Of a stretch of DNA of 64,000 nt, positions 1-9,895 are shown one piece after another (position 1 is the stretch's first letter; every line of letters starts with the position of its first letter). The DNA lies in contig JBHLRZ010000013.1 of assembly GCA_048882045.1 (NCBI GenBank), positions 1 through 64,000 of the forward strand, given 5' to 3'. Origin of the DNA: Candidatus Thorarchaeota archaeon. GTDB taxonomy: Archaea > Asgardarchaeota > Thorarchaeia > Thorarchaeales > Thorarchaeaceae. The notes under the pieces are model-generated. The model searched no databases. It was not told where the DNA came from and saw nothing but the letters and a program-made list of their open reading frames with translations. The position numbers and the translations under genes are program-made.

Positions 1-193
1 TCAGATAAGACAGTGCACCCTCTCGTATGCCATTCCAAACCTTCTGCATCTGCTCAGTTCCTTTGTCCAATGAAAGGACACCTTTCCTGAGCCACCAAGC
101 ATACACGAGACTTGCTATAGCTGCTGCAATGACTGTGAATATCATGGCTTGTTCATACCAGTGCATTCCAGCGAATGTCTCGAATAACTGCAT
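1..193 (-). CDS. hppA: Membrane-bound H+/Na+-translocating pyrophosphatase, N-terminal part (runs off window start)
   Basis: Not in the ORF track. Manual translation from ATG at 193: MQLFETFAGMHWYEQAMIFTVIAAAIASLVYAWWLRKGVLSLDKGTEQMQKVWNGIREGALSYL, i.e. a TM helix plus the GT..M..I..I.EGA..YL motif of HppA; GGTGA RBS upstream. Confidence 0.8.
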   Translation of the reverse strand, partial: MQLFETFAGMHWYEQAMIFTVIAAAIASLVYAWWLRKGVLSLDKGTEQMQKVWNGIREGALSYL

Positions 194-463
194 AATCGTT
201 TCACCACTTCAAGGGTTCGCGAAACAGAGCGCTCACTGTCCCTTGTTGTTTCGATTTTCGCAAAGATGGCCCCCTTTAAGGGTTACCTTACGACAGTGTT
301 TGAGCAAATGTTAAGTTCAAGTTTAATCCGAAACACACTCTTACTTGAAATCTAGGGAAGATACTCGTAAAAACAATGAAGAGATAGAAATCGGAATCAT
401 AGAGGCTTCTTCAAAGGTTATAGTAAAAGATGGATTTAACACATCACAATTCAATCAGCACGT

Positions 464-1495
464 ATGGTCGACCTTGAGAAGATATCAGAGAAATTGACCA
501 CCCCGATCTTCTTCGACGCTGATGCTGATCTTGGAAATTTGAAAGGACCAATTGCTGTCATTGGGTATGGGAATCAGGGACGAGCTCAAGCACTCAATCT
601 CAAAGACAGTGGACTTGAAGTAGTGGTTGGCAATCTGCGAGATGAGTATTGGGAGAAGGCAAAAGCAGATGGGTTTGATGTCCTCGAGATAAGAGAAGCG
701 GCAGAGGAGGGAAATGTGGTTTTATTTCTGATTCCAGACGAACTTCAACCAAGCACCTTCGAAAAGGAAATTAAACCGGCTCTCAATGAAGGAAAAACGT
801 TGTGTTTTGCATCTGGGTACAACATCACCTTCGAAACGATTGATGTCCCCAAGACTATTGACACAGTTCTTGTTGCTCCAAGGATGATTGGAAAGGGTGT
901 CAGACAAGCATATGTCAATGGAAAGGGATTCTATTCCTTCATTGGAATTCATAATGATGTTTCAGGGAAAGCAAAAGACATAGCACTCGCAATTGCGAAA
1001 GGCATTGGGTCCATGAAACCGGGAGGGGGAGTGCTTGAACTCACATTCCGTCAGGAGGCAGAGCTTGACCTATTCAATGAGCAATGCTTTGGTCCTGCAT
1101 TTGGACAGGTTTTAACCAGTGCTGTAGATGTCGCTATTGATGCGGGTTATCCCCCAGAGGCTGTCCTTCTCGAGCTCTATATGTCAGGAGAGTTTGCGTA
1201 CACTGCGGATATGATAGCGAAGATGGGTACATTAAAACAGCTCGAGCTCCATTCACCAACCAGTCAATACGGAAGTATGTCAAGAGGAATACGCTACGCG
1301 AGTCCTGATCTTCGTGAAGCAATGCAGCTGTCACTCAGAGAGATTCGGGAAGGAACCTTTGCGAGGGAGTTTGCAGCTGAGTATGAAGACAATTTAGAAA
1401 TACTGGATGACTTGAAAGAGATGGCGCAAGATATTCCCATAGTCTATTTTGATGATGCAGTTAGAAAGAAACTTCAGAGGAATAGCAAGAGATGA
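464..1495 (+). CDS. ilvC: Ketol-acid reductoisomerase
   Basis: IAVIGYGNQGRAQALNLKDSG, LIPDE, VAPRMIG, EAELDLFNEQ, S.T.QYG motifs. Confidence 0.9.
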   Translation: MVDLEKISEKLTTPIFFDADADLGNLKGPIAVIGYGNQGRAQALNLKDSGLEVVVGNLRDEYWEKAKADGFDVLEIREAAEEGNVVLFLIPDELQPSTFEKEIKPALNEGKTLCFASGYNITFETIDVPKTIDTVLVAPRMIGKGVRQAYVNGKGFYSFIGIHNDVSGKAKDIALAIAKGIGSMKPGGGVLELTFRQEAELDLFNEQCFGPAFGQVLTSAVDVAIDAGYPPEAVLLELYMSGEFAYTADMIAKMGTLKQLELHSPTSQYGSMSRGIRYASPDLREAMQLSLREIREGTFAREFAAEYEDNLEILDDLKEMAQDIPIVYFDDAVRKKLQRNSKR

Positions 1496-1707
1496 CCGAG
1501 GAATCATTTTACACATTTTAAGAACTGGATGCAAACCAATTAGTGAATGCAAGTGATAACCAACATTGATTTGATGATAGCTTAGTTCAAAAAATAAGCA
1601 AAAAGAAAAAACTGAATTCTCCTATATGGATAATGTGGTGAATTAACACGGAGAAGGGTATTGTCTATCGCGAATATGGAAATTCACTTGCAGCCATTGG
1701 TGTCATA

Positions 1708-2112
1708 ATGCTATTGACCTATGGAATTGTTTACCTGTATTGGTGGGATCACCCGACCTATCTTTACGGATTCTACAGCAATCCTCTTCCACTAGTCTTT
1801 TTTGGATTCCTTCTCCTTGGATTGATCCTGACTTGTAGTGGAGTGACAATTCTAACAAGATTCAGCGAGAGGAAAAAATTCCTGACCAAAGATGGAGAGA
1901 TTATACATTCTTGTAGACCTTGGCACAAAGGACCTGAAACAGGATTGTTCCTGACTTCCTGTGAGCTTGTGGTGTCGATAAACCAGAAGTCAGAAGCGAC
2001 ATCTAATGTCGGTTATCAGATGGTCAATATAGAACATGGGACATGCAACGAGTGTGCCATGGAAGAGGGGAGGGTAGTATTGGAGAAGGTTTCTCGCCGT
2101 AGATCTTGGTGA
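1708..2112 (+). CDS. Hypothetical membrane protein (start may be further upstream)
   Basis: Two hydrophobic segments in the N-terminal half; no recognisable family. Confidence 0.35.
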   Translation: MLLTYGIVYLYWWDHPTYLYGFYSNPLPLVFFGFLLLGLILTCSGVTILTRFSERKKFLTKDGEIIHSCRPWHKGPETGLFLTSCELVVSINQKSEATSNVGYQMVNIEHGTCNECAMEEGRVVLEKVSRRRSW

Positions 2113-2120
2113 AAAGGAAT

Positions 2121-2197
2121 TGGTGGACCGAGCGAGATTTGAACTCGCGACCTTCTGGATGCAAACCAGACGATCTGCCAGGCTGATCTATCGGCCC
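2121..2197 (-). tRNA. tRNA-Ala(UGC), CCA encoded, no intron
   Basis: Reverse complement GGGCCGATAGATCAGCCTGGCAGATCGTCTGGTTTGCATCCAGAAGGTCGCGAGTTCAAATCTCGCTCGGTCCACCA; anticodon arm TCTGG-TT-TGC-AT-CCAGA; G3:U70 alanine identity pair; TTCAAAT T-loop. Confidence 0.97.
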
Positions 2198-2229
2198 ACG
2201 TCTATCGAGAGGGTTTTCGAATGAGTGTT

Positions 2230-2841
2230 TTAACCCTTACGCTCTACATAGTCTTCACGAACAGCGTCAATCCAAAATGGAGCGCCTTTCAATGAAGCTG
2301 CCTCCTCGCGACTTAGTTCTTCATACTTGATTTTTGACATGTCGTCCATGATGATCCCACTCACACCCACCGGATCTTCCATGATCAGAGTGAAGGAGAA
2401 ATCACCATTAAGAGCCCTATCAATGTTTGAAAGGATCTCAGCACCTTTTATCTTCTCATTCGCATTTTCTGCAAAGTTAATTGCAGTTTCAACAACGGAC
2501 CGTACACGAGTTAACACACCTTCGACATTCGATATGAAGGATTCAGCAGCTGGCCCGGGTTCAACATCTATGCCAAACTCAGGGAGTCGAAAGGTTCCGG
2601 AACCCGAGCGAACGACACGTGCTCGAAGGAGTGACTCATCATCGATTCTCAACGTGAACCGCGCCGGTTTTCTCGTTTCTGCTGAAAAGACATCAGAGTG
2701 CGAGAAATTACATTTAGGACAGACCAGTGAGAACATCGCTAGTTCATTGAAGAAGGGAATGTTATACAGGATAGAACGCACATTGAGACTACCCTCTTCA
2801 CATGAGGGACATACAATTGAGAGTTCTTCCTTCTCTGACAT
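2230..2841 (-). CDS. ZPR1 zinc-finger family protein
   Basis: CPSC..IPFF..CPKC, ARVVRS, IPE/LPEFG, PGP, FISNVEG, DPVG. Confidence 0.9.
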   Translation of the reverse strand: MSEKEELSIVCPSCEEGSLNVRSILYNIPFFNELAMFSLVCPKCNFSHSDVFSAETRKPARFTLRIDDESLLRARVVRSGSGTFRLPEFGIDVEPGPAAESFISNVEGVLTRVRSVVETAINFAENANEKIKGAEILSNIDRALNGDFSFTLIMEDPVGVSGIIMDDMSKIKYEELSREEAASLKGAPFWIDAVREDYVERKG

Positions 2842-3010
2842 ATCAATCGAAAATGTTTGCCTTCCTTGTTCCTATAAGGATGACCATTTGGTATACATCA
2901 CTAGAAGGCTCAAAAGCATCTGTGAATTGTAATGATTAGGCGCGCCAGACTTTGGTCTAAGTCGCGGGAGGATGCAGGAATAAATAGCATAGACTCGAGG
3001 CTAAATCACT

Positions 3011-4201
3011 ATGGAAATAAACAGTCTCTATATCATCAAACGTGATACAGGAGTCTGTATATATCATAAAGATTTCACCGAGTCTGGATTTGATCCTCAG
3101 CTCCTTTCCTCATTCCTTGTAGCCATGACTTCTTTCTTCGATGAAGCTACCCGTTCGATGACCTCTCAAGCCCGAGCTTTCGAGGGAGCGAACTATAGGA
3201 TTGTAGTCGAATTTGGAGAATGGACACTTGGTGCAATATCAATCAAGGAGGATAGTCAGCTCATCCGGGACAAGCTGAAACGGATCATCCGCCGATTCGA
3301 GGAGCAGTTCAATGTCCTCAGATGGGTTGACTTAGATTTGGCTATACACACTCGTTTTGAAGCTAGTATGATTGATGAGTTCATCAGGGACAAGATCAAG
3401 CCTGAAACAATGATGACCTTGAGAGCTGAGTGGGAGCATTATACAAGGAGACCAGACGTCCAGTCATTTCTCAGGCTTATTCCGGATATATGCTCAGTCA
3501 AAGATGCTGCTGATTTTCTAGAAGTTCCTGTTGAAGTTGCAATGAATATTGCGGCAGAGGCTCTCTGGGAGAATGCAATCACAGTTTACAATCCTGTCAA
3601 ACCTGATGATATCTATCAAGCAACCCTAACTCAACCAAGTGAAGCAGATGACTTGTTATCACCTGGTTCAGTAAGAGCATTAACAGAAATTGATGGAGAA
3701 ACTCCATTATCAATTGCTGCTGAAAGACTTCGTACTTCAGATTTAAGAAGATTCTTGGATGATGTGGCTGTTCTTGAGAGACGACGAATGATTGAACTAG
3801 TAACTCCTGCTCATGCAGTAGCTGTTAGATACACAGCAGCGCTTCAATCACTTCTTCGAAACTGCTCATTGATTGTAGGTCTGAGTGCAACGCGTAAGAT
3901 ATTTTTCGTATCTAGGAATGAACTGGTCAGTAATTACCCATGGTTGGCTTATGTCACACTTGAACAAGGAGTTGACATAGAGATGAGAAGTTCACTAACT
4001 GCTGCAACAATCAAAGGATCAATAGCGCCCTATATACTGAATGACGGGTTTAGAGTGTTGACGCAGTTCATTACACGTAGAGTCAAGGATCTCACTGGAA
4101 CAAATCCTATCAACAGAATAGTGGTCAACACGAAAGAAGAAATCGAGCAACAATATCCAAGTACTGTATACGAAATCGAATGGGAAACACTCTCCGTCTG
4201 A
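3011..4201 (+). CDS. Longin-like domain protein with HTH-like repeats (NPRL2-like architecture)
   Basis: N-terminal SLYIIKRDTGVCIYHKDF...DPQLLSSFLVAMTSF longin pattern, followed by HTH-like segments (IDGETPLSIAAERL). Confidence 0.6.
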   Translation: MEINSLYIIKRDTGVCIYHKDFTESGFDPQLLSSFLVAMTSFFDEATRSMTSQARAFEGANYRIVVEFGEWTLGAISIKEDSQLIRDKLKRIIRRFEEQFNVLRWVDLDLAIHTRFEASMIDEFIRDKIKPETMMTLRAEWEHYTRRPDVQSFLRLIPDICSVKDAADFLEVPVEVAMNIAAEALWENAITVYNPVKPDDIYQATLTQPSEADDLLSPGSVRALTEIDGETPLSIAAERLRTSDLRRFLDDVAVLERRRMIELVTPAHAVAVRYTAALQSLLRNCSLIVGLSATRKIFFVSRNELVSNYPWLAYVTLEQGVDIEMRSSLTAATIKGSIAPYILNDGFRVLTQFITRRVKDLTGTNPINRIVVNTKEEIEQQYPSTVYEIEWETLSV

Positions 4202-4275
4202 AGGTGGATATCAGCATAATATACAAAACAGATAACTAAACTACTCTGATATAATTCGCGAGGTGCGGGAATCAA

Positions 4276-5070
4276 GTGTCGCAAGTTGGTTGGCAACATT
4301 CGGGATTGATAATATTCTCAGGACTTGCCATTCTTGTCATTTCATTGATTCTCTATTGGTTCGGCAACATCTCAAATCTACTAACAATGGTCACAATACT
4401 TTCGCCGATAGTTGCTCTTCTTCTCGGTATTGTGGGTCTGAATGCTTTTGGTAGAGAGTCGCTTGTCAAAGATGATAGGTTTCACTCATTGAATGTCTGG
4501 ATGGCATTGGGACTAATAGTATTTAGTCTATCAGAGGTGGCTAGCGGTATCATACACTTCGCTGGTTACAGCAATGATATCTGTTTCACTGTGGGACTTG
4601 TTCAGATGCCAGCTCTGCTTCTATGGGGATTGGGTGTCTTGGGATATCTTCGATCTTCAAACATTGCTATGGGTATTACCAATACCGACTCAATACTTCA
4701 ATTCATTATTACTTTGACATCTATAGCGGGACTGGCAATTCTGGTAGTTGTAGCAGTGTTGAATCCTCTTCAGATTCTATATACAGCTATTTCAACCCCT
4801 ATGATAGTAGGACTCTCTGTCATCCTCTTTGCTCTAGGTAGTCTCATGTGGACACTGCGGAATGGCTTGATTTCAAGACCATTAACCCTGTTATTTCTGG
4901 GTGTTCTCCTTTTTTTCATTAGAACAATTTTCTGGAGCTTCATAAACTACTGTCCAGGGACTCCCTTTGATTACCTTACTGCAATAGAGTCCTATATTTT
5001 GATTGGAGCCGCTATTCTTGCATCTAGTAAGCTGGATGAGATCTTCACTCCGTTTGGAGATTTAGAGTAG
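4276..5070 (+). CDS. Multi-pass membrane protein
   Basis: About 7-8 hydrophobic helices; GTG start after GAGGTG RBS. Confidence 0.6.
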   Translation: MSQVGWQHSGLIIFSGLAILVISLILYWFGNISNLLTMVTILSPIVALLLGIVGLNAFGRESLVKDDRFHSLNVWMALGLIVFSLSEVASGIIHFAGYSNDICFTVGLVQMPALLLWGLGVLGYLRSSNIAMGITNTDSILQFIITLTSIAGLAILVVVAVLNPLQILYTAISTPMIVGLSVILFALGSLMWTLRNGLISRPLTLLFLGVLLFFIRTIFWSFINYCPGTPFDYLTAIESYILIGAAILASSKLDEIFTPFGDLE

Positions 5071-5075
5071 GGGAA

Positions 5076-7313
5076 CTAGTCCTCTTTCTCTTCTTCCTCA
5101 ATCATCCTCTCAAATATCTCATGCATATGCGTTGGAACGGAAGAAGGATCTTCCTTGTATTTCTCCTTGAGTTCCCTCATCATCTGCGGCGATGGCCTAC
5201 CAGATCCCAGAGGCCCTTGCTGTTGGGTTTTGCTTCTACTATATTCATCTTCTTTTTTGTCAGTCATTTTATCTGCCTCAAACATTTGTTCTAGCATTTC
5301 ACGCATAGGTTCGGGAATGGAATCAGGATCATTTTGATACCGTTCTCTTATTCTCTCAATCATTTCTGGTGAATGGTTCATGCCACTCATCCCATGGGAC
5401 ATCACTCCACCCATACTCATCATCATTCCACCTGACGGAATTGGTGTTTCGCCACCGTATTTTTCAACCTCAGATTTGGCTACCTCTGCAACCTCCTCAG
5501 TGATTTCTTCAAGACCTTGATGAGCGTAGTAAGTATCGTAAAGTGACTTGAAAACTCCATTTAACTCTAGAAGCTCCTCGTGTGTCCCTTGTTCAACCAA
5601 GTTACCATGGTCAAAGACAAGGACACGAGAAGCATTGGCGATTGTTGTTAAGCGATGTGCAATCACAATTGTTGTCCTGTCTGAGAAAAGAAGTTCTTGT
5701 GCGTCCTGGACCAAGGACTCACTATATGCATCTAGTCTGCTCGTTGCTTCATCGAGAATTAGAATCTTTGGATCTGCAAGCATGGTCCTAGCAATCGTAA
5801 TCATCTGACGTTGGCCTGCGCTTAGATTCTTACCACCTTCGATTATATGCGTTTGATATCCATCAGCAAGAACCTCTATGAATTCGTTTGCGCCTATTAT
5901 CTTACAGAGCTCAATGATCTCATCATCTGTTGCATATGGATTTCCATAACGAATATTCTCGATTATTGTATCATCAAACAAATAGGGCTCCTGAGGTATC
6001 AGAGACATTGAGTTGTGTAAAGACTCTTGCGTCACCATTCGAAGGTTTTGACCTCCGATGAATATTCCACCCTCTATAGGATCGTAGAACCGGTTGACAA
6101 GTGCCGCAATTGTGGTTTTTCCTGCACCTGTGTGACCAACAATCGCAACCATCTCGCCAGGATTGATTTCGAATGACACATTTTTCAAGACAGGAGTGTC
6201 ATCCACATATTCGAATGTCACATCTTGAAAATAGATTCCATCACTCTCTTCTGCAAGAGGTTCTGCATCAGGAGCGTCAGCAATTGCTGGTTTTGATTCT
6301 AGGACATCCATGACTCGATCCATAGCAGCCATTGATGTCTGTACCTGAGTAAACATCATACTGAGAGCTAAGAGAGGCCACAGAAACCTGCTAATTAGAG
6401 AGATACCTAAGAAGACCTCTCCAACATTTAGCAAGGGTAGAGAACCGACAGCCAAGCCACCAGCTACGAACAGCATAGCTGCAAGTGCAAATTGACCAAT
6501 AGATCGGACAAGCGGCTGCATCGCACTCATGAGAATCATGAATTTGAAACCATGATTGTATGATTTCTGATTCAACTCCATCATGTCCCTCGCTAATTCT
6601 TTCTCACGATTGAAAGCTTTTGCTACATGAATCCCACTGAGGTTTTCTGCGATCTGACCAGACACAGCCCCTGAAGCCCTTCTTGAAGCGAGCATGATTC
6701 TCTGACCCACCGTTCCAAAGAGAACTGCAATGAAAGCGACTCCCGGAATAACAACAAGTGTGGTCAGTGCAATGAGTGGATTGACCCACCATAACATGAC
6801 GAAGGATGCAACTAGCATTAATGCTTGACTGGAAAAGTCGATAATTACTTGAACACCAGTTCCAAGTTCAACAGTATCTGAAGTGACTCGGGATGTGACA
6901 TTCCCACTCTGCTCCTTCTTATGATAGGACAAGTCAGCGCTTAGCAATTTCGTGTAGAGGTCTTCCTGAATATTTTGGACGAATCCTGCTTGGGCACCTG
7001 CAAGTATCCAGGTGTTGACACTGCTCATTGTCCATGAAGTCGCCTTGAGGATGACATAGAGGAGGGTCAGAGTGATTGTTGTTTCCAGAACTGGATTCTC
7101 TTGAAGGATAGAATTAATACCGTAGGCAAGAATCAGTGGATCTATTACTGCGACGATGGTGGCAGCTAGTGAAAGGACAGCGCCTATTGCCACTATTCGC
7201 TTAAAACGACCGAGGTAGTGCACCATTCTGCCAAGAAGCTTCCTAATGGGTCGACTCCGTTTGGGTTTCTCGCTTGCTAGGGCAGTTGGACCACGTCTCC
7301 CGTGCATTGCCAT
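5076..7313 (-). CDS. ABC exporter half-transporter (TMD-NBD) with Met/His-rich C-terminal extension
   Basis: GHTGAGKTT, LSAGQRQ, ILILDEATS, IAHRL; N-terminal TMD. Confidence 0.92.
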   Translation of the reverse strand: MAMHGRRGPTALASEKPKRSRPIRKLLGRMVHYLGRFKRIVAIGAVLSLAATIVAVIDPLILAYGINSILQENPVLETTITLTLLYVILKATSWTMSSVNTWILAGAQAGFVQNIQEDLYTKLLSADLSYHKKEQSGNVTSRVTSDTVELGTGVQVIIDFSSQALMLVASFVMLWWVNPLIALTTLVVIPGVAFIAVLFGTVGQRIMLASRRASGAVSGQIAENLSGIHVAKAFNREKELARDMMELNQKSYNHGFKFMILMSAMQPLVRSIGQFALAAMLFVAGGLAVGSLPLLNVGEVFLGISLISRFLWPLLALSMMFTQVQTSMAAMDRVMDVLESKPAIADAPDAEPLAEESDGIYFQDVTFEYVDDTPVLKNVSFEINPGEMVAIVGHTGAGKTTIAALVNRFYDPIEGGIFIGGQNLRMVTQESLHNSMSLIPQEPYLFDDTIIENIRYGNPYATDDEIIELCKIIGANEFIEVLADGYQTHIIEGGKNLSAGQRQMITIARTMLADPKILILDEATSRLDAYSESLVQDAQELLFSDRTTIVIAHRLTTIANASRVLVFDHGNLVEQGTHEELLELNGVFKSLYDTYYAHQGLEEITEEVAEVAKSEVEKYGGETPIPSGGMMMSMGGVMSHGMSGMNHSPEMIERIRERYQNDPDSIPEPMREMLEQMFEADKMTDKKEDEYSRSKTQQQGPLGSGRPSPQMMRELKEKYKEDPSSVPTHMHEIFERMIEEEEKED

Positions 7314-9196
7314 TATGCAGCACCTCCACCTGTAGCTGTTGCAAGAAGCGTTTGTGCCCCAGGAAGTCGTTCAAAGATCTTCCGATAGTGCTCTGATTCC
7401 CGGAGAAGGTCTTTGTGATTGCCAGATGCTATAATCTCACCCTTGTCTACAATTATGACAAGATCTGACTCCATCAAAGTTCGGAGACGCTGAGTTACTG
7501 TGATACTTGTCCGATCAACCATCACCTCATCCAAAGCTTTTCTCATCAAATACTCAGTTTGGGCATCAACAGCACTCACCGAGTCATCCAGTAAGAGTAT
7601 CTTCGGATCCTGAATGATGGCTCGTGCAATTGCCAAACGTTGGCGTTGTCCACCAGAGAGGGTCATCCCTCTCTCGCCAATCATAGAATCATACTGTTTG
7701 GGCAATTCAACAATGAACTCATGAGCTTGAGCTCTTTTAGCTGCTTCGATAATCTCTTCGCCAGTTGCATCATTTCTTCCAAATGCAATATTATCTCGAA
7801 CGCTCATTCTAAAGAGAAAAATGTCTTGCTCTACAAGCCCAACAACATCACGAACAGACTCAGTCGTCACATCGCGCAGATTAACCCCACCCACAGTGAT
7901 TTTTCCCTCAGTTGGATCATAAAGGCGGAGTAGTAGTTTCAGAACAGTACTCTTTCCACCACCTGGACCTCCAATGAGGGCTACTCTGGAACCTCCAGGT
8001 ATTTTGATGTTGAAATTCTTGAGAGCATAATGATCATTGTCATTGTTACTTCCCCCGTATTTGAAACTCACATTATCAAATACAATGTCCCCGAGCCAAT
8101 CAATCTCTTGAACTTCATCCATGGGCTCAATGAGAGTTTCCTTCCAGTTCAAGATATCAACGATACGTTGAGCATTAACGTAACCTCCTCTGAGAACAAG
8201 TAGCATTCGGGGGAGATGAAAATTCATTCCTTCAAGTGCAACTAACAAGGCTAGGATAGTTATCATCTCGCCAATAGAGATTGCACCATTAACTACAGCA
8301 AATGCGGCATAGAGGAATGCAATAGCAGTCATTCCAACAAGGACCAAGGCAGGAATATAGAATGCCGCAAGTCTGCCTTCCTTTGTGATTGACTTTTCGT
8401 AGTCTTTACTTATTTCGTGGAATTTTGTTTGCTCATAGTCTTCTTTTCCAAATGCACGAACAACTTCTATACCAGTGAACACACCCTGAGTGATTACAGT
8501 AAGGCGTTCCATATCTTCGGCACGTCTTCTACGAACAGGCTCGACTGCATTTGCATATCTGTAGGAGAAAACCAAGTAGAGTGGCGTACCGATCAACATG
8601 ACCAGTGTAAAACCATAGATTGGTATTGAGAATCCTCCAAATGATAGGACTAAGAAGTTAACAAGAGCAGGACTAAAGTCAATCTGAATTAGGATAATTG
8701 CAGTTATCCCGAACGAAATGAAACTACCGGCTAGATTTCGTAATGCTGGATTGAGTGAGAAGCGAACCCAAGAGATGTCTTGCATTGCAACAGACAATAG
8801 ACGCTTACTGTCTACTTCATCATGGAAGGTCATGCTATAGTCTTGGAGCGCCTCAAAGAAATCCTGACGTGCGTCTCGTTCCCAACGTAGTGTAACAATA
8901 GCCCAAACATATCCAACGATGAAATAGAGACCCATATAGACCAATGCCAAGCCAATTATCAGCCAGACAAACATCATGAAAGTTGGACTTAGGATTAGAG
9001 CGGGAGTTATTCCATCGGCCTGCAATAGTTCATTGACTGCCATCCCTATGAATATTGATGGAATTGTAACAATTATCGTCGAGATGATAGTGAGAATCAA
9101 TGCAAATGTTGTGATTCCTTTATTCCTTACCAGTCCACTAAGCATGTATCTGGCTGGACTCTTTGCTATGGTTTTTCCACCATTGTTTCTAGCCAT
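7313..9196 (-). CDS. ABC exporter half-transporter, degenerate-site partner
   Basis: GGPGGGKST, LSGGQRQR, LLLDDSVS (E to D), VTQR (H to Q); stop overlaps next start; likely start MARNN at 9196. Confidence 0.92.
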   Translation of the reverse strand: MARNNGGKTIAKSPARYMLSGLVRNKGITTFALILTIISTIIVTIPSIFIGMAVNELLQADGITPALILSPTFMMFVWLIIGLALVYMGLYFIVGYVWAIVTLRWERDARQDFFEALQDYSMTFHDEVDSKRLLSVAMQDISWVRFSLNPALRNLAGSFISFGITAIILIQIDFSPALVNFLVLSFGGFSIPIYGFTLVMLIGTPLYLVFSYRYANAVEPVRRRRAEDMERLTVITQGVFTGIEVVRAFGKEDYEQTKFHEISKDYEKSITKEGRLAAFYIPALVLVGMTAIAFLYAAFAVVNGAISIGEMITILALLVALEGMNFHLPRMLLVLRGGYVNAQRIVDILNWKETLIEPMDEVQEIDWLGDIVFDNVSFKYGGSNNDNDHYALKNFNIKIPGGSRVALIGGPGGGKSTVLKLLLRLYDPTEGKITVGGVNLRDVTTESVRDVVGLVEQDIFLFRMSVRDNIAFGRNDATGEEIIEAAKRAQAHEFIVELPKQYDSMIGERGMTLSGGQRQRLAIARAIIQDPKILLLDDSVSAVDAQTEYLMRKALDEVMVDRTSITVTQRLRTLMESDLVIIVDKGEIIASGNHKDLLRESEHYRKIFERLPGAQTLLATATGGGAA

Positions 9197-9197
9197 T

Positions 9198-9755
9198 CTA
9201 TGTTCCTCCGGATTTGAGCAAGTCAATAAGAGATGAGATTCGGGACTTCATCTCCTCGAGGTGTTTCAGTAATCTTTGTCGATCCTTGGGCTTCAGTGAT
9301 TCAGCTATGTCTTCTAAGGATTCCACTGCAAAATCGGTGCCATGAATGTGGAACTGGACACGTTCAGCTGGGTCAAGTAATTTCTCCCAAATTCTGGGTC
9401 CAAGTCGCGTCTTATGACCCACAGCTCCCCGTCTATTCTTGAGCATCATCACAATATGTTCATGACCTTCTTCAGTGAGACTGTAGGTCTTACTACGCCC
9501 CTCTTGCTTGACTGTTTCAATAATTCCTGCTTCCTCGAGTGACGCAAGAAGCGGATATATTGTTCCAGGGCTTGGATTCCATTCACCCTCAGTCAAATCG
9601 TGAAGCGATTGCATGATTTCGGTACCAGTCATGTCACGCGATTTGAGCATCCGTGGGATTACATGACGAAGTAAACCTCGTGGGACTGATTGAGGCATCT
9701 CGAGATGTTCACATTCTTTATGGGATGCTTGCTCGTTTATTGGAATCACCTTCAA
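9198..9755 (-). CDS. PadR-family transcriptional regulator
   Basis: RGLLR..., W.PSPGTIYPLL..LEE.G.I, K.YSLTEEG; first gene of the ABC operon. Confidence 0.9.
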   Translation of the reverse strand: MKVIPINEQASHKECEHLEMPQSVPRGLLRHVIPRMLKSRDMTGTEIMQSLHDLTEGEWNPSPGTIYPLLASLEEAGIIETVKQEGRSKTYSLTEEGHEHIVMMLKNRRGAVGHKTRLGPRIWEKLLDPAERVQFHIHGTDFAVESLEDIAESLKPKDRQRLLKHLEEMKSRISSLIDLLKSGGT

Positions 9756-9758
9756 TTA

Positions 9759-9808
9759 TATCGGATGCGATTATCGAATGCGATATTTTTCAATATCGAA
9801 TACGATAT
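9759..9808. promoter_or_regulatory. Three TATCG-N4-CGATA palindromes, putative PadR operators overlapping the promoter
   Basis: TATCGgatgCGATT 9759-9772, TATCGaatgCGATA 9772-9785, ATATCGaataCGATAT 9793-9808; minus-strand TTTATA box at ~9806-9811. Confidence 0.7.
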
Positions 9809-9895
9809 AAAGGCTTCGGAAGCGACATTCAATGTCTAGGACAAGTTTGATAAGACCTGTACAGACCTTTTAGCAAAATAGCGAGTGATGCAATC

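Noticed and set aside
27-314. 95-aa + strand ORF
   Set aside because: Antisense shadow of the hppA 5' end
1496-2120. Possible integrated-element remnant next to the tRNA-Ala 3' end (AT-rich spacer, odd ORF)
   Set aside because: No integrase and no duplicated tRNA 3' end (att site) found in the window
2327-2932. 201-aa + strand ORF and the many other short antisense or nested ORFs in the track
   Set aside because: Shadows of well-supported genes on the opposite strand or frame
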